NCBI GenBank assembly: GCA_965644295.1
Contig: CBFFRP010000206.1
Coordinates: forward strand, 1 to 49,011
DNA length: 49,011 nucleotides
Reading direction: 5' to 3'
Origin: Paraphysomonas bandaiensis
Taxonomy: Eukaryota; Protista; Chrysophyceae
The number at the start of each line of letters is the position of its first letter. Within the stretch, counting starts at the first letter, position 1. The position numbers and the translations under genes were made by a program. Of this stretch, positions 1-9,166 are shown piece by piece. The notes beneath the pieces were generated by a model. That model saw nothing but the letters and a program-made list of their open reading frames with translations. It was not told the origin of the DNA and did not search any database.

Positions 1-1000
1 TATCTCAATAAGTACTAGAGTACCGTATACTCTGTACTCGAGTATGCGCTATAAAACTTGTGCAATTCAAGACATAGACATTCCGGTTTGCCCAAAGCTT
101 ACGGGTCTGCAGAACACATGCCCAGACGTAGCTCACGCTTGGCAACTAAGACCCCGCTTGCTAAAGGTGCTTTTCCAAGCCTGCCAGTCTTTATACCGAG
201 CTCAGAAACATGCTGTAAGTCTAAGTCTAGGCCTGGCAAGGTACGTAGGGGTCAACCTTCCCTGAAGGCTAGGAATCATGCACGCATACAGGCTTACAAT
301 GCTATGGCCATTGAATTGGATCTTGAAGCGCTTTTGTCTCGGTGTCCAGAAGGCAACGCTAAAGGTGTAGTCTCAGTACCTTTCTGCCACACGTCTAATC
401 CTGCTTCGTCGACTGAAGTGTGTTCCTTTTTCCTGGATTGGCATGCTGAACATGCCAATTCTGATAACCCCTTTGTCCACGTGATATCCGGTCCTAATGT
501 TGCTAACCCTGATGGCTCTGGTTCCGAGAAGGGAGTGGGGGCTTCCATTGCTCTCGCTCCTAGTGATACTGTGCCTGTATGTTTCTATGTGGGTGAGTTG
601 TATACTCGTGCTCGTAGACCTCCTCGTGGTCGTTATACTCTCGAGGTAGCACCTGGCAGTGGTATCTTTATTGATGCTGAATACGATTCCCGTGATCCTG
701 CGTACCATATGTTCCACGCACCCACTGAATATATGCGTGTGCCTCCTAATTATGCTCGCTATATCAATACTCTTAGCGAGGAGGATTTAGCCGCGGGAAA
801 GTAATTCAACTGCCGTTTTGCCGGTTGTCCCTGCGGTCATAATTGTATTGCTGTTTTTGTTACTCGCAATATAGCTGTTAATGAAGAATTGTTGATTCCG
901 TATCCCTTGTTGCGTTGACTCTCAGTAATTAATCTCATTGTCTTTTAATGCCTTGTACTATTTGTTCTTAGAAGCTACTCTATAAACCCCTAGGGTTACA
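1..1000 (-). mobile_element. Probable 3' LTR of a minus-strand Ty3/gypsy-like element; distal end not seen
   Basis: The minus strand reads A-tract, GGGGGGAAGAGGTAG (PPT, 1001-1045), then TGTAAC at 1000. The same PPT/TGTAAC arrangement occurs at 1516-1540 on the plus strand. Confidence 0.65.
118..918 (+). pseudogene. SET-domain lysine methyltransferase-like gene interrupted by one in-frame TAA (802-804)
   Basis: First in-frame ATG at 118 (MPRRSSRL...). SET motifs: KGVG, FYVGEL, IFIDA...NYARYIN. Reading through the TAA gives FNCRF...IAVFVTRNIAVNEELLIPY and a TGA at 916-918. TATAAAA at ~50-56. Confidence 0.8.
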
Positions 1001-1072
1001 CTACCTCTTCCCCCCTTTTTTTTTTTTTTTTTCTTTTTTTTTTTTCGAAATAGAATAAAAGTGAAGTCAAAA

Positions 1073-1195
1073 TTAATGCTGATTGACTTGGGGAAAACGT
1101 AGCGCAAAGTCGGAATCTACCAGTACCATAGTTGTCGGATCGAAGTCGCGATGTACGAAACATTTCACGTGATAGTTATCAAATCTGTATGTGGC
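1073..1195 (-). pseudogene. C-terminal fragment of a putative gypsy Pol (not in ORF track)
   Basis: Translates ATYRFDNYHVKCFVHRDFDPTTMVLVDSDFALRFPQVNQH*, homologous to ATYALDNYLVFAWGSVKTFDETYMVLVDADIAKRYPRIVE* of the plus-strand ORF. Followed by PPT and LTR start. Confidence 0.75.
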
Positions 1196-1199
1196 TTAT

Positions 1200-1509
1200 G
1201 GTCACAGCAGTGCAAGTAGGTGATAGAGTGTATGTGGATCTTCGTTTCTTTGGGGATCAGTGGTATCAGAGCTTGTTGGACCTTCCAGACTTTTCTACAA
1301 AATCGTATGTGGTGGTCTTCGAATACACGCATTGGTACCACAGGACATCTAAAAAGAAGATTAGCGCTCGTTTTCTGCTTAATGGTGCTACTTACGCCCT
1401 CGATAATTATCTTGTGTTTGCGTGGGGCTCAGTCAAGACCTTCGATGAGACCTACATGGTGCTGGTGGATGCAGACATAGCCAAAAGGTATCCCCGCATA
1501 GTTGAATAG
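1200..1509 (+). pseudogene. C-terminal fragment of a putative gypsy Pol (post-integrase region)
   Basis: ORF ends just before PPT AGAGAGGGGGAGGGGGCAG and TGTAAC. Its 5' end is truncated against the opposite-strand homolog. Confidence 0.65.
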
Positions 1510-1534
1510 CATAACAGAGAGGGGGAGGGGGCAG

Positions 1535-2317
1535 TGTAACGCCGAGGCGTCAAACTAATCACATACCACAAAAGACCAGTGAGGTTAATATGCTACAAGG
1601 GGGGCTCTAGTGGACTGTGTGTGTATGTACAGCCTGCATCTTATCTTCGGATGAAGACATACTTCACTCTCGGATTACAAGTGCCGCTGTTTTTGCTGTA
1701 TGGGCAATGGAGAGATCTGATTGGTGTACTCGAGTTATACTGTTTTGTATACTGTATGGAATACAGGCTGTATTGTCTATATGTATATGCTGTATAACGG
1801 TGTTGGAATACGGACTGTACTTGATTGGTGGTGATGTGTTTGCAGAGTGTGTTGTGTGACACGAGGTACATAAGTACGCAATGATGCAGTTATAGGTACA
1901 TGTAGGGAATATCATTATACAGATTATACAGCTGCTGTATTATGTATTACTGTTGAACGCTGATTGGCTAGTCACTGCATTTTTGGTCTGTGGCTGTTGA
2001 GTTGGTTTAAGGCTCTTCCTATAGGCCTCTACGTGAATCTTCCAGAAGGTGAATATCTCCACAAAATTGGTGAAATGTTGCTGAATTTTCTGCAGAATAT
2101 TGTTCTTTGTTCTCTGCTGTGTTTCTAGATAGTTCATAGAATGTAAATGGTTCTGTATGAGTTGTTTGTGTTCTATGTGCTGTCATTATTATGTTACTAG
2201 CCTTGCTGTTAACACGTTTGAGGAGGTGTCTTCAGATAAGTGCTTGAGGGTGCTCAGGCAGTTGCAGGGCAAAGTAATAAGCATTTTTATCTCTATATTA
2301 GCTAGTTACTTGTTACA
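1535..2317 (+). mobile_element. Gypsy-like LTR (TGTAAC...GTTACA) lying between a pol end and a gag start
   Basis: Preceded by a PPT, 6-bp inverted termini, followed by the gag ORF. The 3' end is inferred only from GTTACA at 2312-2317. Confidence 0.6.
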
Positions 2318-2462
2318 TTCGCACATTCATTTCATATACATAGCTGCACCCGGTGTGATACCCCGGGTTTGGTCATAGTAAATTTACTTCCGAAAGCAGC
2401 GAACAAATCTGCAGATTTAGAATTTGCATTAAAAGAACATTCATTATTATAATAATTTAGCA

Positions 2463-4022
2463 TTGAATAACGACATGGAATCTGCCAACTTGGAGGATAT
2501 ATTACGAACGATCATGCAACAATTGCAACAACAACAGCAGGATACGCATGAAATAAGGCAAGACATTCAAGAAATGAAACTGAGTATGCCTAGAAAACTT
2601 GAGCAAGTTGACCAGCGAGTGGATGCGTTGATAGAGGAAAAGCAAAAGAGCGATCAGAAAGTGAAGACTGTGCTGGAAAACATCAATGCCAGGCTGGAAA
2701 CTATGGAAACCAGAACTGCTATCCTGGAAGGGGAGAAAGAATTAACGGAGCAGCAGGACAGGGCGATTACCCATCCGAGCGCATCTAGAGAACGCAAGAC
2801 TATTTTCATGAAAGAGGTTGAGGAGACTACACATCTGGCGGAGAGAAGGCAAGTAGTTGTACAAATGCCTACTCCCTCTCATTCGCACATATTCCTAAAT
2901 TCAATGGACCTGGCGGACTATGCTCAATTTGTGACCAAGTGGTTTGACTGGCAGGTCAAATATGGTGTGAGACTAGAGCCGGCCCTCATTGTTTCCCAAA
3001 GCATTCGAAATCTACTAATTTTCAACAATGATATGACGGAATCTCAGTTTCAAGAACTCTCACCTGAACAATTTTGCAAGCTGATGGCTAAAGAAACTCA
3101 AGTACTGTCCAAGCTCGAGTTTTCCAACACGTTAAGGCATGCCCTAAGAGACATCAAAAGGTTAAACTGGGAAAGAGTTAGACCGAATACTCACGAGAGG
3201 TTCTTCCAAGGCATTCTGAGGCGTAGAGACATATACTTAAGGACCTTCAGGATTATTATGGAGAACAATAGCCAGTATTGCCCAGACCTGGAAGGCAAGG
3301 ACTTTGGATTAGCCCAAGTATTCCTAAATTTGATCGATGATACTTACAACAAGACTGTCTTGGCCGAAATACCCAAGGTCAAGGCAGGGAACTACTCCAA
3401 GGTTGAAGAGTTCCTGGAAGCTTATGTTAAGAAGGCTAAGGAGCACTATGACACGTCGAAGCGTATTAGACTGGTGCCATACAGTGGTGAGGACTATAGC
3501 ATGAAAAGTCATGACATGCGCAAGAACAAGCCTTACTCTTCACAGGAAGACAAGTACAAAGGACATGAGACAAAAACGTACCCGATGACCAGTGGGGAAG
3601 CTAAGCCTTTGCACCAGATAAATGACTTCAGTGACGATGAAGATCAGGAGCCACGGGAATCCAGAAATGCAGAGCCAGACTCAGATGACGACTCTGACTA
3701 TGAGGAAGATCCAAAGACCACTGCAGAAGGTCATGACACGAATCAGAGCTACGAGGACAAAGTGGACCAGCAGACGGCAAGAGATCAGGACACAGACTAC
3801 AGAAGGCTACAAGCCATAGAGGCATCTGCTACTGGGTTGGGATGTGTCAATTTCGCCTTGTATGGAAAGTGCTTTCGAGGAGACCAGTGCAAATATGCCG
3901 GAAGTCACAATGAGAAGTGTGCAAAGGACTGCAGACAGTGGATGATGAAGAAGTTGGCGACGATGGAAAGAGATGGTCCGGGACCTCCTAAGATAATGAA
4001 GCGTGATCCAACGAAATCTTGA
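2463..4022 (+). CDS. gag: Gag-like protein of a Ty3/gypsy-like retrotransposon (coiled-coil N-terminus, C-terminal CCCH-like finger)
   Basis: 519-aa ORF downstream of the LTR and in frame with an aspartic protease. First ATG at 2475. C-x8-C-x5-C-x5-H at 3843-3908. Confidence 0.7.
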   Translation: MNNDMESANLEDILRTIMQQLQQQQQDTHEIRQDIQEMKLSMPRKLEQVDQRVDALIEEKQKSDQKVKTVLENINARLETMETRTAILEGEKELTEQQDRAITHPSASRERKTIFMKEVEETTHLAERRQVVVQMPTPSHSHIFLNSMDLADYAQFVTKWFDWQVKYGVRLEPALIVSQSIRNLLIFNNDMTESQFQELSPEQFCKLMAKETQVLSKLEFSNTLRHALRDIKRLNWERVRPNTHERFFQGILRRRDIYLRTFRIIMENNSQYCPDLEGKDFGLAQVFLNLIDDTYNKTVLAEIPKVKAGNYSKVEEFLEAYVKKAKEHYDTSKRIRLVPYSGEDYSMKSHDMRKNKPYSSQEDKYKGHETKTYPMTSGEAKPLHQINDFSDDEDQEPRESRNAEPDSDDDSDYEEDPKTTAEGHDTNQSYEDKVDQQTARDQDTDYRRLQAIEASATGLGCVNFALYGKCFRGDQCKYAGSHNEKCAKDCRQWMMKKLATMERDGPGPPKIMKRDPTKS

Positions 4023-4765
4023 CTACTGCAGGGTCTTTCTGGGCCCCCTGTTGTCAGTGAAACAATAAGCTCACACAGCAGGAAGGCTTGCAGAAAGGCC
4101 CTGGAGCGAAGTTTCCTGCAGGCATGCGGCATAGGCAGGAGACTATGGACTGCTGCACACACTAAAGGGAGGATTGAAGTAGTAGATAGAAAGAATATGG
4201 AAATAAGAAGAGACGTAGAGACATCAGTACTGTTCGACACGGGAGCCCTCTGTTCGAACTACATCAGCATATAAGGAAGTTTAGAGATATCGAGAAACAC
4301 ATGCATACTAAGGACATAATACACAAGAGAACAAAAGTCGGATTAGCAGACAATAAGACAGTGGCATGGAGTGACATCATGGTGAGACTTACCTTGAAGT
4401 TCGAGGATCGTTCACTGAGCGCGGTTTCATGCAAATACTCTGGAGAATTTATTGTGTTGGACATGAAAGATAATGAGATCATAATTGGGTTACCTGCGAT
4501 ACTAGGGGACTTGTGGGACTTCTTTTGCTACAGTCTAAAAGGCAATGCAGAAAGAAAGATTAGAACGAGCGTGCCAGATGCGGAGGAGGAGATGTTGCAG
4601 TTCTTGGCATCCATGGACAACGTAGTGCATCCCTGGTCAAATAGTATGGAGGGAGAGCCACCGGAAGAAGAAATGTCTCCGTTGCCAGTGCAGTTTGGTG
4701 AGGTGATCAAGTTTTTGGGAAAAAGCAGAGAAGAATCAATACCAATACAGCATACAGAGTTATAA
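4023..4765 (+). pseudogene. pol: Pol N-terminus (aspartic protease), frameshifted and truncated before RT
   Basis: In frame after the gag TGA: ...SVLFDTGALCSNYIS. An apparent 2-nt AT duplication near 4270 shifts to the frame holding IIIGLPAILG, the second protease motif. Coding-like sequence stops at ~4740. Confidence 0.75.
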
Positions 4766-5026
4766 GTGTGAAGTGTAGTATGTATGCAATGATATATAAG
4801 ATGTATAATAATGTATGTCAAATATGTGTGGTGTGGTGTAATGTATTGTGAATGTAATGTGTATGAGGTGTGAGTGTATGGTATAGGTGATACATGCATA
4901 GCACTACTTCAATACACATGCCATGATAATAATAATCAGTGCAATCACATAGTGTAGTGTACAAACAAGTATAGATGTAACATAGTATGCATAAAATACA
5001 ACATATCACCGCTGGTGTGAGTCACA
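4740..5026 (-). repeat. Possible partial minus-strand LTR (TGTGAC start) truncating the gypsy pol
   Basis: Purine-rich GAGAATGAG precedes TGTGAC on the minus strand; composition is TGTA-rich like the 1535 LTR. No second copy in the window. Confidence 0.3.
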
Positions 5027-5189
5027 CTCATTCTCGACATCCGTAGTCCATTATATGCCCGCTAGAGAATAGAGAGTACGATGGAATAATAGTTGAACGC
5101 CACAGCGTTACACTACCCTTGCTTTCCTCTTTTACAGTTGGATACCGTTGATCAGTTGTTGCAGCGCCGCTGTACAGTAGGGCTCGAGT

Positions 5190-7320
5190 GATACTGCTTT
5201 GTATAGTAGAAACATACAATATATAGGATATAAAACCAGTATTATTTATGAAAATCGGGGGTTTTCATACGAACATATAGGACAGAAAAAGTAGACTGGA
5301 CTGATGCTGTATGAACCCTCTGAAGATACCCGCATAATTATCAGGATATCTCATGTGCATGGAGTGTAAGCACGGTGATTCAGTAATGTGTCTGATTGTG
5401 TGGATGGGGGTGCAGTGCTATCGATGAGGGTGCAAGTGATATCAAGAGTCGCATCAATTAAGCCTACATTTGATGAGAGTGTTTCCTCATGTAATGGATA
5501 TCTATCGATTATGCTCGACAGGTTGAAGAGTTCAACCATTTAATCGGACCATACCATCATGCTGATGAAGGCTTCCTGTTTAGAGCTACGAGAGTCGTAG
5601 TTCGGAAGGGTCTGATTGTGGCGTGTATAGAGCCTTAGTAGCTGCTGGTCGAGAGCAGTTGGAGGAGAACTCCATTGCATGTTGGGGATGTTGTATCTTT
5701 AACCAATATGTATGTGTAAACGCTGGTGGTACGAAAATCCTGCGATCCGTGACGATGGGGCAGGTGGTGAGAAGCGATCGATGTCGGCTGGGGGTGGGAC
5801 ACCCAAACAGTTTACGGCAGATGACTCATCAGGGAGTGAGCAGACTCCATGTGCCTTACCCGAGAGATGCGATAGCGCTATGTCTAGTAGAGAGTCAAGC
5901 GTGTGTGTCCCTAGCAGGAGTAACACTGCTAACCCGACTGCCTCAGGCAAAAGGGTACGCACCCGAAGAGTTGTGACTGATGTGTCCACTCTGGGTGAGA
6001 TCAACTACCTATGTGGGGAAGATGCCATTCACCTGTGGAGACCAGTGAGAAGACTGTGTGAGGCACATGTGTATGTACTGCATCGACGGCGTCTGGGGAG
6101 ACCAGTAAGAGTTGTGTTGGTACTGTGCGTATTATATCTAGTGAGATTAGTGTGAATCGTGTCTGTGAGACTGTATCTGCTGAGTCTAGGGAGACTTGTG
6201 TGGTAAGCGTATGGGTGTTGACTAGTGTGTCCACCCTGGTGGGTGAGGTAAACCTTTATGATGAGGAGATTGTCAATCTGTGTGATGACAGTGACTGTTC
6301 TAATAACTAACATAATATGTCTAATTTTAGAGAGACCAACAAGGCATAATATATGCGAAGTTCGTTAATTGCGTTGTTTCGTTTCAGCGTGTAAGTATCA
6401 GGCTATGACTGCTGGCATGCAAGAACTGGTGTGGCTTCGGGAGGTGTTGGTCGAACTGGGACTTCGATTGTTCGAACCCACTCCATTCTTCCTGACAGCC
6501 AGAGCACACGTAGCTTAGTACGTTGAATATTGTGGTGTGATTGATCTGACGAGGATCAGAAGTCATACGTGCTGGTTATCAGAGACAGAAGATCATACAG
6601 ATGTGTTGTCTATGATGAGGCTGAACGGAAGTGGTTGCACCTTGGTGCTTGCGGCGACACACAAGCAGCTTTCGTAGCGTTAAATAGTAGGATAAAAGAG
6701 TTTGTATTGATTAGTTACGGGTAGTGGTCTAACTAGTATGACTAGCATTCTTCTAGCCACTAATTGCTGCAAGGTCTCAACGCCTATTGCTAAATAATCA
6801 GACATTCACTATGATGAGGCTAGCTGAAACGTCGGAGCCATACGTCCACCTGTTTGTCCTATATGGTTTCGGTGGTTGCGTATCCGTCAGTTATGTCTTG
6901 TGATGTAAGGATTCAATCTACAGCGTATCCGTCAGTTATGTCTTGTGATGTGAAGATTCAATGTACAGCACATGAGGTCTTGGTGGTCGCGTATCCGTCG
7001 GTTATGTCTCGTGGTTTGACAATTCAATGTACAGCTTTGAATTGAGAGGGAGTGTTGAGTTTTGCTGTTTGAGCAATTAAAAGCTGTAATTCTAAGGTGT
7101 TGGAATTATGACGGTTACTGGAGAATACAGTAGTGATGAGCTGTATTATGAGAAGTGATATCATGACGATGTAAGATCGTACTAGAAATGAGTGGTAGTA
7201 GAGATAACGTGATATATTGCTTATTATATTTATTATAATCTTCTCTTATCTTAACTTGATTAATGAGTAAATACACGTCCAGTTAACTTAGTAATCATCC
7301 AATTGTGTCATACCTTGACA
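5190..7320 (+). mobile_element. 5'-truncated non-autonomous copia derivative (family A); 3' LTR 7053-7320
   Basis: Shares internal sequence with 20115-22607 and with copia C integrase/linker remnants. PPT TTGAGAGGGAG precedes a 268-bp TG...CA LTR. Confidence 0.8.
6878..7036 (+). repeat. Three tandem copies of a ~45-65 bp unit (GCGTATCCGTCAGTTATGTCTTGTGATG...) upstream of the PPT
   Basis: Visible repeats; about four copies at 22048-22321 and one at 27739-27785. Confidence 0.8.
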
Positions 7321-7564
7321 GGAGAGCCTAAAATGGAGGTTCATGACTCTAGCCTGATTCATTTAGCTCTGAGAAGGATCAGAGCAATGATTATTGAAGA
7401 ACTACAGTCGATATCGAGTGCTGATGAGCAGCGCGTCAGAGATATTGGACTCATTACTGTATTAGATGATGCTGACACCAATAGGAGGGTGTTACATTTA
7501 CAACAGTGCTGATATGATTGGCATATATATATTTAATTACTTAGATAAGAGTAAGACAAAGTGT

Positions 7565-9054
7565 TTACAATTTTACATTGTGATTTGTCATTGACATTGA
7601 TATATACTGGGGCAGTGTAGACGGTAACTTCTTTTCTTTCTGCGTTCTGTTCTCATCTCGTATCATTGCAGTACGTAGAGTACCTGATATCTGAGGAAAC
7701 CTATTGTATGTTGTTTTCCAAGCACAATCGGGGTCAAATTCTCCTTGTAGCATACTTTCCAAAGCGTTCGAATTGGGCACTGTGTCAGAGGCAGAATCAC
7801 TCGTTCGTTCTCTCGGGAAATTAACTTTTAATGCAAACGGTGATGAAGTGCCCTCCCCCCATTCAACTGTTGCCCACTCTTTCGAAGCTGCTTGATCTGG
7901 GTCAAGATCTACATTGGCAAGGTGGGAGCTTTGCGCACTGTGTTTCGCTTCTGCCTCCGCAACCGACCGAGCCACTATACTCCTCCCTAGCTTCAGTGCT
8001 TTCCAGCGGCATTTCTCCTTTTTATTATGGGCCTTTTTTAAGTCTTCGTAACCCTTTAGCATCTCCTGGCTCATCTCCATGCGCTCCTGAAGAATGCTCA
8101 GACTCCGGTTGAGCTCGTACTCCATATTTTCTAAGGCGTACTGGAGATTCATTTTTTTTCTAGGCAATATTACTGAACTCAGAAAAAGGTATAACCGCAT
8201 ACGACTTACCGCTCCTCCCGCTCTACCATCTCTTGTACTGACGCGATATGCTTTTCATAGGTTTCTGCAGCAGTCTGCATGACTTCATGCTCAATCATTG
8301 CCTTCTGGAGCTCATCGTAGCTCGATTGTTGACACTGAATCAAGTCACTGGCTAACTCTTGGCGTGTGGAAAGCTCTGTATAGAGTTCACGGTTCTCTAT
8401 CCGAGCTAAATTTGCTTCTTCCTCGAGATTTATAATCTGTACATGAATTACATTCATGCTATCGATATTTATCGAAGCGTTGACAGACACGTTGCTGCCT
8501 TAACTCACCGCTCTCCTTTTGAAGTTGGTATCAAGTGCTTGGATCTCCTTTCTTAAAACCATTTCCATAGTCATACGCGCATCAAACGCCCTCTGCTTTG
8601 AGGCTTCGCGCTCTGCAGCCCTGTCGAGGGCGTCATTATGATAATCAATTGCGAGCTGTTGAAGAGTTTTGTGGAGGTATTGATTTTCCTGCTCAATAAT
8701 GTCAAACGCAGAAATCTCATGCTGAAGTTCCGATTTTCTCTCATTTAGATATTTTCTCCTACGAAGATATCATGGTGAGCAGTGACAGCGCTGGTGAACA
8801 TACTTCGCTTTGTTTGACTGCTCAATATCTGCAGTTTCTTTAATAATCTGTTGTGACGCTTCAGAAAAACGCCCAGCTTCAGATTTAATCTCTTCATTCA
8901 GTGAATTCAATTGAACCACTTTGGTTTCCGCTTCATGAAGCAACTTAGCTTGAACTTTTCGTTCTTCACGGAGTTGTTGCTCAATATCACTAATTTTACT
9001 CGACAATGTTGATATCTCTTCATTTATCCTGAGGTCTGTCTTCACGCGAGGCAT
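7565..9054 (-). CDS. Multi-exon coiled-coil protein, possibly cilia/basal-body associated
   Basis: ATG at 9054 (MPRVKTDLRINEE). At least three GT-AG introns join E/Q/K-rich heptad exons. The 3' end is uncertain. Confidence 0.65.
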
Positions 9055-9166
9055 ATTAATTTTTACGGCAGTACTTCTTCTACTTGAAAACTTTTGTTGA
9101 TCACAACGATTTGTGATTATCATGCATATGAAAAGCGAAACTGCATTGTAGTGGCGGTATACCGAA

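Noticed and set aside
802-804. TAA reassignment (alternative genetic code)
   Set aside because: TAA terminates ileS, RPS26 and the lipoyl gene normally; a nonsense mutation or sequence error is simpler.
985-998. Telomere-like CCCTA/TAGGGTT
   Set aside because: A single short palindrome at the LTR edge, not a tandem array.
1016-1045. Poly(A) tail of a processed SET retrocopy
   Set aside because: It is poly(T) on the SET strand, and on the minus strand it lies between the pol stop and the PPT.
1579-2378. Tyr/Cys/Val-rich ORFs
   Set aside because: Artefacts of TGTA-rich LTR composition.
5623-6313. Small ORFs in the non-autonomous elements
   Set aside because: They are scrambled copia pol remnants or their antisense frames, with frames broken between copies.
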